Part shown: one piece after another, positions 29,991 to 40,485 of the stretch
Layout: every line of letters starts with the position of its first letter
Numbering within the stretch: position 1 is the first letter of the stretch
NCBI GenBank assembly: GCA_016721765.1
Contig: JADKHO010000004.1
Span: 800,409 to 864,408 of the forward strand
DNA: 64,000 nucleotides
Reading direction: 5' to 3'
From: Bacteroidota bacterium
GTDB lineage: Bacteria; Bacteroidota; Bacteroidia; UBA4408
Notes under the pieces: model-generated
Database searches by the model: none
What the model saw: the letters and a program-made list of their open reading frames with translations, nothing else
What the model was told of the DNA's origin: nothing
Program-made: the position numbers and the translations under genes

Positions 29991-32900
29991 TTATTTAAGT
30001 AAATACATTTTGCCCCAGCCCTTTTTAAAATAACCATCGGCTTGTGTTTCACGTTTTTCGATGTTCTCAGAATTTAGTTTTGTAACGGTGCGGTAAAAAT
30101 AAACTCCGTTGGCCAATTGATCGCCAAAGTTATCTTTCCCATCCCAGGCATATTGGGTGATGTTTCTTCCAATGTGAATCGGCCCCAATTCATCTTGAAA
30201 AATTTCTCGAACAACTTTCCCACTGATAGTCATAATTTGGATTCTAAAATTTTGCGGAATTTCACTTCCCGTTAAGGTAAACACAAAGCGTGTAGAGGTA
30301 CTAAACGGATTCGGATAATTCATCACTTCGGTGATACTCGATTTGTTTACTACTTCAAAACTGATTCGATAATCAATATCACCTGAACGGTTATTGGATT
30401 TGTCGCGTGCTTGAACGATTAATTGATACACACCATCTTCACTCAGATTGGGGCTATATTCCACTTTACATCTATTATCCGGCAACTGAGCAGGGATAAA
30501 ACGTAGTGAAGCCCCATCAAATGGAATCAACACATCGGCATTTTGATTGGGATAGCGAATAAACACTTTAAATAACACAGAAGTATCCAAAGCCAAATAA
30601 TTGCTTTCATCCTTTAATTGAACCGAAATGGCAGGTTTTGCAGAAACTAAATCTCCATCCAAAATATGCACCCCGTCAAAAGTTACATCCAACAATGGAT
30701 TCACTTTATCCTTTGTAGCCGTAAATTCTTTTAAAGCAAAATTATTAAAGTGAAATTGCTCCGCTTGATCGTAGTTAGCACTTCCTGTTTTAATTGGATT
30801 TGCTTCCATAAATAAGGTATTTATTCCATCAAAACCTAATGTTGAGAAGGCAATGCTGGCAACTAATGTATCGTGAGCAAGTAATTTTTTGTAGCGTTGC
30901 GACTTGAGTTCATGAATCACTCTGTTTTTATCAACCAGCCAAAAACGAACCAATAGGCTGTCCATATTTATGTTGCTGATGTTTTCGATGGCTACTTTAA
31001 ACTTTACCAAATCCCCTTCCAACACTTGGCTACTTTCAAAATTATAGCTAAGCAGCGGATTTACGGCAGCCTCCGGAATTTCTTCATAAATCACTTGCCA
31101 GCGCTTAAGTTGTGATGCAGTGAAACTGATATCGTCTTCGGTAAACTCACTGAGGCGCAGGTAAGGATATTGTGCCGCACTAATATTTTGAATGCTCATA
31201 TCTGCTCTGAATGCAGCTGAATCCTTCAATATAATCTCCTGCCCATTAACATTCACCCCATACACTCTAAATCGAATATTATCATTCGTTGGCTGTTCGA
31301 TTGATTGCGCTTGCCAATGCAAGGAATCCCATCTGGCCGAAGGACCAATTAAGCCGGAAATAATTTCACCGCTTTTACGGCTGTTACTCATGTTTTGGCT
31401 TAAACTAATTTGAACATGTCCTGTATCGCCAATAACAACGTGCACCGAACTTGGGTCGCCTACCTTTGCAAAATAAATCCATGGCTTTGTGCCGTAAATT
31501 GTACGCAATGCAGCAAAACCTAGCGTATCAAAATAATCAAAAATTCTGGCTTTGTTTTTCCAACCCGGATTGGCATATCCCCAGGTATACGCTAGGATGT
31601 AGTTTCCAACCGGAATACTGTCGAGCAATGATTTACCAAGATTCTCCATTTGAAGTGAATCGCCGGCGCTGAACGTAAATAATTTCATGGGGCCATAACG
31701 ATTTGGGCAATTATTATTGTCGTTGCCGTTTCCTAAATTATGTCGAGGATTATATGTAAAAGTGGAACCTCCGGTAGTATCAATAAATCGTGTTGCCCAA
31801 GCTTCCAAGGTAGTGCCATCAATAATTCCAACTTGTATCTTAAATCCGCCGCCACAAGTTGCAGATTCTTGCAATTGCCCGTCAATGGAATAAGAAGTAG
31901 CATACAAATCAGGAATAGTAGGCACTCCGTAGGTTTGACAAAACAAATTCTTTTGCGCCGGAATCAGACTAAATTTACGATTCAAACTATCGTAATTCAA
32001 AAATTTAAATTCATCCTTTTTAAATTGTGGAAAATGTGCCTGAGCCCAGCCAGTTTTGTTTTTAATGTATTGAAATGAACTTTGTTTCCAAAATATAGGT
32101 TGATGCGTTCCGGTTGAATCACGACTTACTCTCCAATAATAAACCGTACTATCTTGTAAAATATAAGGCACTTTCCATTTCAAAACGCCACCTGCCGAAA
32201 CAATAGTAGTATCGCGATAAAATGCCTGAAAACTATTAAATGCTTCATTGGTATCAATTTGAATAAAATAGCGCGCCGAGGGCGCAAGTGGGTCAAAGGT
32301 GCTAGCAACAAGACTTATACGGTTGTCGGGAACAATAGCAAACGGATATGGATAGACCGGCGAAATAAATCCGGAAGCAATATTTAATGTATTAACGGCC
32401 GCATTATTAATGCTGTTATCAAGTTCATCAATCACATTTCCCTCATCCACTATCACGTCAAATTTATTCAATCCAATTCCATTCACGCGATCAACCGGAA
32501 GTTTAAAAGCATACACATCGCTGTAATGCACACCCGGAATTACCTTGGTGTATACTTTAGGAGCAATGTTTCCCGGAAAAATTCGCTTTAACTGAATTAC
32601 ACTGGAATCATCAATAGCTTTTGCAATATTATTTACCCGCACATTCACAAAAAATGAATCCAAATTTGCGGTGATAGAATTGTTTCCTTGTATACCTGAA
32701 GTAAAGAAAATATCAGGCGATTCAATTTGATAATCGGGTTTAGCAAAAGCATTTAAAACCAAAGCAGGGTCGCCATGTAAAGTCATTTCGAGACACAGCG
32801 CTTTCATATATAAAAAGTTCGACTGAATGTTTAGCACGGATTTTTTCATCGCAAAAGAAATGGGCTTCCCATAATCGGTTTTTCCAATCGTAGTGAAAAA

Positions 32901-35084
32901 ATTGGTGGAATAATTGTGCAAGTATTGAGAAATACCTTGTCCTACTTGCGCTATAAATCCAATTGCCCCACCATTGGGATATAGCACATAATTTTCATTT
33001 ATTCGGCTTTCACCAAATCCTACCGGATTATGAATATTTCCCGAAAAGCAAGAGTTGGCAACCACGAGCGGATAGCGGCCTGTATTATTATATCCCGAAG
33101 GCTCATCAATACTCTGATCGAAACTAGTTCCGGAGGCATGACCAAAAAAGGTCATTAAAGAAGCACCCGTTTCTATTAATTGTTTCACCGAATCTGATAA
33201 TGTAATTTGAATTGGTGCTGAGGTAGTTTTCAGAAATGTATGAATGCTTCCTCCAAAAGCTGTGTCTTCTAAAATCGCTTTATAGGTATCAAGGTTATTC
33301 GAAAATTGCAATTGTTCATTGCTGCTGTTACCACCACCAAAATGCAATACATTTTTCATCCATACTGCGCGCGTGGCACTTTCGTATTGTTGTACTTTAT
33401 TAAGATAATTGGCAACGTCTTGATTTGTCGCAGCTGCAAGCCTTCCGGTAGGAATTGCAGGAGCAAAAAGCAAGGAATCATTTATATGATTTGTAATTAA
33501 ATTATCGGATGGTGGATACCCAAATGAAGGCACCAAACATTGATCAATTATGGTAGAAGAATATCTAAAATTCAAATCCTGTGGCCCAAACTCATTGGCC
33601 GTAATTCCTTTTCCTAACAAGAATAGATAGGACGCCTTTTTTCCCCAGTTTTTTAATGCATCTTCAGCAAACTTGCGCAAGGCAATTGGATTGCGCTTTA
33701 CGCCATAGCCATACTGATCATACAATTCATCGCTCAAGGCAAGTACTACATTGTGCGAACCTCCTGCAAAAGAAGAACGATAAGCTTTGTAATTAATAGC
33801 TTCGGGCAACAAACTTTTGTGTGATACCAGCAAGTAATCTGCTTGCTCCGACAATTGATTGGCATAATCGGTGAAGCGAGAAGCCGGATTTGTGCTCACC
33901 GGCATAACTCTTGGGACATAATTAATTCGGCTTTCGGATGTCAAATAGCCTTCGAAATCATTGTTTAAGTTCGGAAACAAAATTTGATAGCCTCCCGGAA
34001 CAGCCTTAGCTTGAATGCGCCGCCCATCTTTTAAATCATATAAAAAAACGGTTGAGGATGCTGAAAAATTACTGATATCAAAACGCGCTTTCAATTGGTG
34101 TGTTATGCCAAAAATGCGAATGTAAACCGAATCTGAATTCTCTAAATCAAAGGTATGAGGATACATCAATCGGGCATAAGCAGTAGCAAGCGATTGCGGA
34201 TTATTAACACCCGGAATAGCAATACTTTTAATAGTGATACTCGATGTACCACTCGCCAATAAGGCGGGTGCAATTGGGAAATTGTGTTGAAACGAGGCAT
34301 AGCCAATAGACATGGTATCACTCAGCACAGTTGAATTTAGTTCAATCCGAATTTGATTGTTTTCATGAAATTGAAAATCATTGGTAAAGGCTACCACATT
34401 CATTTTTAAACTGGCATCTTGCCCAGCAGGATAAAGATTTGCAGTAGAAAAACTAATATTTTTATCGTTGCCGGGAGTAAAATAATTGCACATCCAACCT
34501 TCCCCTTTAGTGTATTCCGGATCAGTAATTAAAGTTACATCCGACTCCCCTTGATAATATTTTTCTTTAAAGTAAGTTAAGCGCTCCTGCATGTAATACG
34601 GCTCCGGAATAAAAGTGGTAATTCCGCTAGTATCCGCTCCTACAAGTTGCATACGTGGATTATTAAATACCGAATTCCAGGTTAAAAAGTAATAGGCAGT
34701 ATCGGTATACAAACTGAAGTATGGGTTGGTGCAATTCCCGGGAGAATCATAAACTAAACTATCTAACCAGCCATCGTTGCGCTCTGCGTAAAATTCTATA
34801 TAATCGTTGTTGTTAAAGATTCCATCGAGGTCGGTTTCATTTTTTACATAAATCGGAATTTCTTTACCGCGCCCAAAAAGCTGAAAGTTTTGTGGATGAA
34901 CATTCGAAAAATTTATCCCCGAATTGTAAAGTGTAGTTGGCGTGATGCGATACACACCGGTTTTGGTAATCGGAAACTTATAGTAGGATTGCGTGTATTT
35001 TATCCAATTGTTGCTAGTGGCTTGCGCAGCACTTTTCAAACAAAATGGAATCAACAACACAATTAAGAGGTAAAGTTTCTTCAT
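29991..35084 (-). CDS. porU: Type IX secretion system sortase PorU-like protein (C25 gingipain-like peptidase domain with a T9SS C-terminal domain)
   Basis: 1697 aa with a signal peptide. A C25-like His/Cys pair appears in FFGHASGTSF and VVANSCFSGNI (compare gingipain GHGSE / ACVNGDF). The C-terminus carries a T9SS sorting domain (NYPNPFSTSTRFVFTL...VYFYR). It sits directly next to a PorV-like gene. Confidence 0.6.
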   Translation of the reverse strand: MKKLYLLIVLLIPFCLKSAAQATSNNWIKYTQSYYKFPITKTGVYRITPTTLYNSGINFSNVHPQNFQLFGRGKEIPIYVKNETDLDGIFNNNDYIEFYAERNDGWLDSLVYDSPGNCTNPYFSLYTDTAYYFLTWNSVFNNPRMQLVGADTSGITTFIPEPYYMQERLTYFKEKYYQGESDVTLITDPEYTKGEGWMCNYFTPGNDKNISFSTANLYPAGQDASLKMNVVAFTNDFQFHENNQIRIELNSTVLSDTMSIGYASFQHNFPIAPALLASGTSSITIKSIAIPGVNNPQSLATAYARLMYPHTFDLENSDSVYIRIFGITHQLKARFDISNFSASSTVFLYDLKDGRRIQAKAVPGGYQILFPNLNNDFEGYLTSESRINYVPRVMPVSTNPASRFTDYANQLSEQADYLLVSHKSLLPEAINYKAYRSSFAGGSHNVVLALSDELYDQYGYGVKRNPIALRKFAEDALKNWGKKASYLFLLGKGITANEFGPQDLNFRYSSTIIDQCLVPSFGYPPSDNLITNHINDSLLFAPAIPTGRLAAATNQDVANYLNKVQQYESATRAVWMKNVLHFGGGNSSNEQLQFSNNLDTYKAILEDTAFGGSIHTFLKTTSAPIQITLSDSVKQLIETGASLMTFFGHASGTSFDQSIDEPSGYNNTGRYPLVVANSCFSGNIHNPVGFGESRINENYVLYPNGGAIGFIAQVGQGISQYLHNYSTNFFTTIGKTDYGKPISFAMKKSVLNIQSNFLYMKALCLEMTLHGDPALVLNAFAKPDYQIESPDIFFTSGIQGNNSITANLDSFFVNVRVNNIAKAIDDSSVIQLKRIFPGNIAPKVYTKVIPGVHYSDVYAFKLPVDRVNGIGLNKFDVIVDEGNVIDELDNSINNAAVNTLNIASGFISPVYPYPFAIVPDNRISLVASTFDPLAPSARYFIQIDTNEAFNSFQAFYRDTTIVSAGGVLKWKVPYILQDSTVYYWRVSRDSTGTHQPIFWKQSSFQYIKNKTGWAQAHFPQFKKDEFKFLNYDSLNRKFSLIPAQKNLFCQTYGVPTIPDLYATSYSIDGQLQESATCGGGFKIQVGIIDGTTLEAWATRFIDTTGGSTFTYNPRHNLGNGNDNNNCPNRYGPMKLFTFSAGDSLQMENLGKSLLDSIPVGNYILAYTWGYANPGWKNKARIFDYFDTLGFAALRTIYGTKPWIYFAKVGDPSSVHVVIGDTGHVQISLSQNMSNSRKSGEIISGLIGPSARWDSLHWQAQSIEQPTNDNIRFRVYGVNVNGQEIILKDSAAFRADMSIQNISAAQYPYLRLSEFTEDDISFTASQLKRWQVIYEEIPEAAVNPLLSYNFESSQVLEGDLVKFKVAIENISNINMDSLLVRFWLVDKNRVIHELKSQRYKKLLAHDTLVASIAFSTLGFDGINTLFMEANPIKTGSANYDQAEQFHFNNFALKEFTATKDKVNPLLDVTFDGVHILDGDLVSAKPAISVQLKDESNYLALDTSVLFKVFIRYPNQNADVLIPFDGASLRFIPAQLPDNRCKVEYSPNLSEDGVYQLIVQARDKSNNRSGDIDYRISFEVVNKSSITEVMNYPNPFSTSTRFVFTLTGSEIPQNFRIQIMTISGKVVREIFQDELGPIHIGRNITQYAWDGKDNFGDQLANGVYFYRTVTKLNSENIEKRETQADGYFKKGWGKMYLLK

Positions 35085-35128
35085 ATTTTTTATTTCAATT
35101 TATTGAAATAGCTTGCGTGCGCAAAATA

Positions 35129-36199
35129 TTAATGCTTGGGATTCAAATCCACTTTTATCGAAAACACATGCGACAACAAGCCAAAGTTTTGACCCACGTT
35201 AGCCAATGCATAATCTATTGAAAGTGATTTAAACAACTTCACTCCCACTCCAATGTTAGGTTGTGTAACATAGCTTGCCAATGCATTTAAATCCTGCACC
35301 TTTTGTATATTTCCAATACCTCCACGCAAAAAAATCAAATTGTCATATCCAACTTCTATCCCAATATGCGGGTCAACACTTATTGGGTCGCCTTTAAAAA
35401 TCACATTGCGTTTACCATCAAAGGTTGCATCCAAGTTAATTTCAGCAAGTCCGCTAAACTTTTTATAAGCTACAGTTCTTCCCACTCCTAAAATTAATTT
35501 AGGCAAGGTAATTTCTAAGCCATTTTGAGGCAATTCGTTACCGGTTTGTTCAAAGATGTATTTTGTTTGATCATCCAAGTTATAGGTCCAGGAATTAAAG
35601 GTGGTAGATACATCCCGCACCATGGCACCCAACTTCCAATCTCCGCTGCGGTATTGCACACCGGCATCTAAACCAAAACCCCATGCACCTGCAAAATCAC
35701 CAACTTTACGTCGTATAACCTTTGCATTCGCACCAATTTTTAAACCCTCAATTTTCAATTTTTTAGCATAGGATAGGATAAATGCATAATCCGCTGCCGA
35801 AAAGGTAGTAATGCGGTCATAATCAATTTGCCCATTGGCATCAATCAGTTCGGTAGTATTGGGAATATCATCCACACCAAATCGAACAATGCTCAACCCA
35901 ATTGAACTGCTGCTGTCAATTTGCTTTGCCAATGCACCATAATCGTATTTGGCAATACCCGCAAAGTATTCGGAATGCATAAGGATCACTTCAAAATTAT
36001 TTTTCAAACCTGCTAAACCTGCAGGATTCCAATAGCCTGAAGTGACATCGCTTACTGTTGCAACACTCGCATTACTCATTCCTAAAGCCCTTGCCCCTAC
36101 TCCAATGGCTAAAAACTCATTGCTGTATTTACGCGTTTGCGCTTGGGCAGTTAAGCAAGTAATGGTCAAAAGGGTCAAAATCAATCTCCGTTGTATCAT
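35129..36199 (-). CDS. porV: Type IX secretion system outer-membrane protein PorV (LptO)-like, FadL-type beta-barrel
   Basis: 356 aa. Signal peptide, then FLAIGVGARALGMSNA, matching the conserved PorV N-terminal box. It is upstream of and co-directional with the PorU-like gene. Confidence 0.6.
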   Translation of the reverse strand: MIQRRLILTLLTITCLTAQAQTRKYSNEFLAIGVGARALGMSNASVATVSDVTSGYWNPAGLAGLKNNFEVILMHSEYFAGIAKYDYGALAKQIDSSSSIGLSIVRFGVDDIPNTTELIDANGQIDYDRITTFSAADYAFILSYAKKLKIEGLKIGANAKVIRRKVGDFAGAWGFGLDAGVQYRSGDWKLGAMVRDVSTTFNSWTYNLDDQTKYIFEQTGNELPQNGLEITLPKLILGVGRTVAYKKFSGLAEINLDATFDGKRNVIFKGDPISVDPHIGIEVGYDNLIFLRGGIGNIQKVQDLNALASYVTQPNIGVGVKLFKSLSIDYALANVGQNFGLLSHVFSIKVDLNPKH

Positions 36200-36309
36200 T
36201 TCTCAGTATATGGTTGGTGAAATTACTTATTCAATTCAAATATTTCAAATACTAATCGATAACTGAATTTTTTAATTAAAATTGTACTAGGCAAATAATT
36301 AAATACTAC

Positions 36310-37425
36310 ATGCAATCCGCTCCCAAAACTTATTTTCCCAACCTGGATGCGACACGTTTTTTTGCCTTTATTCCCGTTTTTTTTACCCATGTTTTTTTCT
36401 CACAAAACCCCGCTGTACTTAACTCCCAAACCTATCATTTTGTTGAAACTCACTTAAAAGTTGGAATTTTGGGCTTGGACTATTTTTTTGTTTTGTCGAG
36501 CTTCCTTATCACATGGATAATTTTGGAAGAATATCAAAATGCTGCTGCTTTTAATTTCAAAAACTTCGTTATGCGCCGTAGTTTGCGTATTTGGCCTTTG
36601 TATTTTTTAATTGTGGGAATTGGTTTTTTGGCTGCTCAATTCTTTACTACCGCTCAATTGCCGCCCCTGCCTTACTTTTTGTTTTTTATTTTGAATTTCT
36701 ATATCGTGGAACAAGGCGATACTTTTTTGTTCTTTTTGGTGATTTTATGGTCGGTTTCGGTGGAAGAGCAATTTTATTTTTGCTGGGCGATATTGCTCAA
36801 GTTCTTAAAAAAATACTTGCTTCCCTTTTGTTTTATTTTGATTGGGATTTCGCTGCTTTTTCGTTGGATGAATTTAACAGACCAAAAAAAATTGTATTTC
36901 CACACAGCCAGTACACTTGCCAACTTCTCCATAGGTGCGCTGGTGGCCTACCTTTCCTTTAATAAAACAAAGGCTTTTCATTTTTTAAAAACGTTGCCCA
37001 AGATTCAAATTTTTTCAATTTATTTCTTGATGTTTTTAAACATCATTTTTTACAAAAGCATTTATTGTACCCCACTCTTGCAAACCTTTGAACGGCTTAT
37101 CTTTTCATTGTTTTTTGGATTCATTATTTTTGAACAATCCTTTTGTACCGAGTCTATCTTTCGACTTGGTAAATGGAAATGGAGCAATTATCTCGGCAAT
37201 GCTTCATTCGGCCTGTATTGCTATCATGGCGTTGTTATCACTATTTTTATTAAGCTCAGTGAGCACTATGGCTGGTCCTTTTCGGCATTACAAATTTTTA
37301 TTCTTAACCCGCTACTGTTGTTAATCCTTACTATTGCTGTAACAATTGCCAGCTATGAGTTCTATGAACGAAATTTTTTAAAATTAAAAGATAAGTTCAG
37401 GCCCAAACCTATACCTGTAAAATAA
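36310..37425 (+). CDS. Acyltransferase family 3 (OafA/YrhL-like) integral membrane O-acyltransferase
   Basis: 371 aa with about 10 TMs. The N-terminal LDATRFFAFIPVFFTHV is the acyltransferase_3 hallmark. Confidence 0.75.
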   Translation: MQSAPKTYFPNLDATRFFAFIPVFFTHVFFSQNPAVLNSQTYHFVETHLKVGILGLDYFFVLSSFLITWIILEEYQNAAAFNFKNFVMRRSLRIWPLYFLIVGIGFLAAQFFTTAQLPPLPYFLFFILNFYIVEQGDTFLFFLVILWSVSVEEQFYFCWAILLKFLKKYLLPFCFILIGISLLFRWMNLTDQKKLYFHTASTLANFSIGALVAYLSFNKTKAFHFLKTLPKIQIFSIYFLMFLNIIFYKSIYCTPLLQTFERLIFSLFFGFIIFEQSFCTESIFRLGKWKWSNYLGNASFGLYCYHGVVITIFIKLSEHYGWSFSALQIFILNPLLLLILTIAVTIASYEFYERNFLKLKDKFRPKPIPVK

Positions 37426-37428
37426 CTT

Positions 37429-38514
37429 GTGAGCGCTGCCTTGATAACAAACGACAAACACTTTATGAATGTCATACTTTTAAAACTTGAAAGTAAAACC
37501 TCACTATTTTTTTGCTCCTTGTTGGTTGGATTACTTTTTTTGGGATTAGCAATGCTCTATGCACAACCACTATTCAATTCGATGTACCATGGCAGTGTCT
37601 TCGCAAGAATGTCGACCGCGCCGTTTGATTTTACACAAAACTATGCTTTACAAAACCGAATTCTTGGGCCATTGTTGGGCTATTTGCTTTTTTTAAGAGG
37701 GGATTTATTCTATTTACTTCCGTTGATGTTCACCTTTTTCTTCCTTTCTGCCATTTATTATTTTCAGCGTAAAAATGATTGCAGTCCGCTAGTTGCTTTA
37801 CTCTACGTTGCCATCATTGCCTTTTCCTCCTTAGTGCTAATCCCATTGTTTTCGCCCGGATATACTGACCCAATTTCATTTTTCTTTATTTTTCTTGCCT
37901 TTCAATTTGCTCAAAAATCACCCCAAAAATCAGCTATTTTTTATGCGCTAGCATTGCTAAATCACGAAAACTGTGCTTTTCTATTTCCAGCGTTATTGCT
38001 GTATTCAATGAGTTTTAAAACCACTTATTTTTCAACATTGCTAACTTATTTTTGCGCTTTGCTTCCGCTGATGGCATTCCGGATGTGGGTAGCCAGCGAA
38101 ATTGAGCCTGAATATTCCCTTGCTTTTTATTTTTCGGACGAAAACCTTGAAGCCTGTGCAAGCGTTTGGAATAAAATCCCTGCAGGCATCTTTTTTTGCT
38201 TTAAACTGAGTTGGATTTTTCCACTACTTGGGATGATGTATGCGTTTAAAAACAAAGAAAAATGGCTAGGGCTTTCCCTACTTTCACTGCTGCTGGTTCC
38301 CTTACTGCAATACCTCATTGCCTATGATATTACACGAATGATGTGCATTGCATTTCCTGCCGTGCTACTATCCTTACAAAAATTGCAAAAAGAATGGGGC
38401 AACAAAAAATTCATCCAATTTGCCGCAACGATACTGCTCCTAAATTTTCTAATTCCTAGCGCTATCATGGCAAGAGAAGGATTGTTTTTGCTAACGCCTT
38501 TTTGGATGAATTAA
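37429..38514 (+). CDS. Polytopic integral membrane protein, possibly a polysaccharide polymerase / EpsG-like
   Basis: 361 aa and highly hydrophobic with at least 9 predicted TMs. It starts 4 nt after the acyltransferase_3 stop, which suggests an operon. No catalytic motif recognised. Confidence 0.45.
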   Translation: MSAALITNDKHFMNVILLKLESKTSLFFCSLLVGLLFLGLAMLYAQPLFNSMYHGSVFARMSTAPFDFTQNYALQNRILGPLLGYLLFLRGDLFYLLPLMFTFFFLSAIYYFQRKNDCSPLVALLYVAIIAFSSLVLIPLFSPGYTDPISFFFIFLAFQFAQKSPQKSAIFYALALLNHENCAFLFPALLLYSMSFKTTYFSTLLTYFCALLPLMAFRMWVASEIEPEYSLAFYFSDENLEACASVWNKIPAGIFFCFKLSWIFPLLGMMYAFKNKEKWLGLSLLSLLLVPLLQYLIAYDITRMMCIAFPAVLLSLQKLQKEWGNKKFIQFAATILLLNFLIPSAIMAREGLFLLTPFWMN

Positions 38515-38527
38515 AAAAAACAGTACC

Positions 38528-38560
38528 CACGAAGCTAAGCTTCGTGCGGCTTTTAATCTG
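38528..38560 (+). terminator. Rho-independent terminator hairpin. A second copy of the same hairpin lies at 38626-38658.
   Basis: acccacgaagctaagcttcgtgcggcttttaat has an 8-bp stem (cacgaagc / gcttcgtg) with a 3-nt loop, followed by TTTT. A near-identical acccgcgaagctaagcttcgtgcgg sits 98 bp downstream. Confidence 0.6.
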
Positions 38561-38767
38561 AAGAGCTTTGCTCGGGTTCGCTGTAATGCTGTTCAAATAG
38601 TCCACAAGGTATTAGAAAAAAGTACACATTACCCGCGAAGCTAAGCTTCGTGCGGTGCACTTTACATATGCTACTTCCAAATAAACCAAATGCTTAATTA
38701 AACCAATTAAGGAAAAAACAACCAATTATAAAGTTCTCAAAAAATACCTTTCTTTGCATCCTAAATC

Positions 38768-39514
38768 ATGAAAAAACACATTCCTAATTTTATTACTTGC
38801 CTAAATTTGGTTTGCGGCTGCTTGGCCATTGTGAGCATATTTCATAAAGCACTCGATATGGCCGCTTATCTTATTGCTGCTGCTGCTGTTTTGGATTTTT
38901 TAGATGGTGCTGTTGCGCGTTTATTACATGTTAAATCCGAAATAGGCAAACAGCTCGACTCCCTTGCCGATATGGTTACTTTTGGCGTTGCGCCAGGTTT
39001 TATCATGTACCAACTCCTTACTACTTCCATTTTCGAAACCTATGGAATGCTTGCCAATTCTGACTTTAAATGGAACCTTGCTTACATTTCGCTATTCATT
39101 CCGGTTTTTTCGGCCATTCGATTGGCTAAATTTAATATCGATACGCGTCAAACCGAATCCTTTATTGGTGTACCAGTTCCTGCCAACACTATATTTATAG
39201 CCGCTTTCCCGCTCATTCTTATTTTTCAACCGGAATCGTTTTTAGCACCTGCATTGCATCGACTCACTTTTTTAATTCCTACAACCCTTATTTGTTCCTT
39301 ACTAATGGTAGCCGAATTGCCTCTCTTTTCGCTAAAATTTAAAAACCTTGGCTGGAAAGGGAATGAAATTCGATTCATTTTTCTCCTACTAGCCTCAGTA
39401 TTATTAGCAGTTTTTAAATTTACAGGAATAGCACTATTAATTATTTTGTATGTAGTTTTGTCCTTCCTTAACAACCTTATCAAAAGCAAAAAATCAAATG
39501 AAATTCAGAGCTGA
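38768..39514 (+). CDS. pssA: CDP-diacylglycerol--serine O-phosphatidyltransferase (CDP-alcohol phosphatidyltransferase family)
   Basis: 248 aa. The CDP-OH_P_transferase motif DFLDGAVAR...GKQLDSLADMVTFGVAP. Confidence 0.8.
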   Translation: MKKHIPNFITCLNLVCGCLAIVSIFHKALDMAAYLIAAAAVLDFLDGAVARLLHVKSEIGKQLDSLADMVTFGVAPGFIMYQLLTTSIFETYGMLANSDFKWNLAYISLFIPVFSAIRLAKFNIDTRQTESFIGVPVPANTIFIAAFPLILIFQPESFLAPALHRLTFLIPTTLICSLLMVAELPLFSLKFKNLGWKGNEIRFIFLLLASVLLAVFKFTGIALLIILYVVLSFLNNLIKSKKSNEIQS

Positions 39515-39749
39515 AATTAATGTAATGCCTTTAAAAGCTTTATTAGATCCACAAGGGAAAGCGGTTACTGCAAGCATGAAAAACCTGCACCTTTCAGAAA
39601 TTGAAAATGTTAGAATCGGAAAACACATTTCATTAGAAGTGGAAGCGGAATCAAAAGAAGTAGCGCATTCGAAAGTGGACGAAGCCTGTAAAAAACTGCT
39701 GGCAAATCAAATCATGGAACATTACGAGTTCGATTTAATTGCAGAGTAA
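39498..39749 (+). CDS. purS: Phosphoribosylformylglycinamidine synthase subunit PurS
   Basis: 83 aa. VMPLKALLDPQGKAV matches the PurS consensus. It overlaps the pssA end by 17 nt. Confidence 0.85.
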   Translation: MKFRAEINVMPLKALLDPQGKAVTASMKNLHLSEIENVRIGKHISLEVEAESKEVAHSKVDEACKKLLANQIMEHYEFDLIAE

Positions 39750-39752
39750 CTG

Positions 39753-40478
39753 CTATTTTCTTAATTCAAAATTCTGTCCGAGGTAAACTCTGCGCACTGT
39801 TTCATCGGCCGCCAACTCTTCGGCTGTGCCTGCTTTTAATATTTTTCCTTCAAAAAGCAAATAGGCTCTATCGGTAATATTTAAGGTTTCATGCACATTA
39901 TGGTCGGTTATTAATATTCCGATATTCTTTTCTTTTAGTTTGGACACGATGCTTTGAATATCTTCTACAGCAATTGGATCAACCCCTGCAAAAGGCTCAT
40001 CCAACAAAATAAACGCCGGACTAACTGCCAGGCAGCGTGCAATTTCAGTTCTTCTGCGCTCACCTCCACTCAATAAATCGCCTCGGTTTTTTCGGATGTG
40101 TTGCAAACTAAATTCATCCAATAAGGTCTCTAGTTTTTCCTTTTGCTCTTCCTTACTCAACTTAGTCATTTCGAGAATGCAGGTAATGTTATCTTCCACA
40201 CTTAATTTACGAAACACACTTGCTTCCTGCGCCAAATAACCAATTCCCAATTGTGCGCGTCTGTACATGGGTTCATTGGTAATGTCACGATCATCCAAAT
40301 AAATTTTGCCTTCATTGGGTTTTATTAAGCCAACTGTCATGTAAAAGGTTGTTGTTTTACCGGCACCGTTCGGACCGAGCAAGCCCACAATTTCGCCTTG
40401 CTTCACATTTACCGAAACGGAATTTACTACCGTGCGGCTTTTGTATTTTTTAATTAAATTTTCGGTTCTTAAGATCAT
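39753..40478 (-). CDS. lptB: LPS export ABC transporter ATP-binding protein LptB
   Basis: Walker [10 protein letters not shown], signature LSGGERRR and Walker B ILLDEP. The start is placed at the internal Met (MILRTENL), because the track's longer ORF runs into the upstream gene. Confidence 0.85.
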   Translation of the reverse strand: MILRTENLIKKYKSRTVVNSVSVNVKQGEIVGLLGPNGAGKTTTFYMTVGLIKPNEGKIYLDDRDITNEPMYRRAQLGIGYLAQEASVFRKLSVEDNITCILEMTKLSKEEQKEKLETLLDEFSLQHIRKNRGDLLSGGERRRTEIARCLAVSPAFILLDEPFAGVDPIAVEDIQSIVSKLKEKNIGILITDHNVHETLNITDRAYLLFEGKILKAGTAEELAADETVRRVYLGQNFELRK

Positions 40479-40485
40479 GTAGTGC

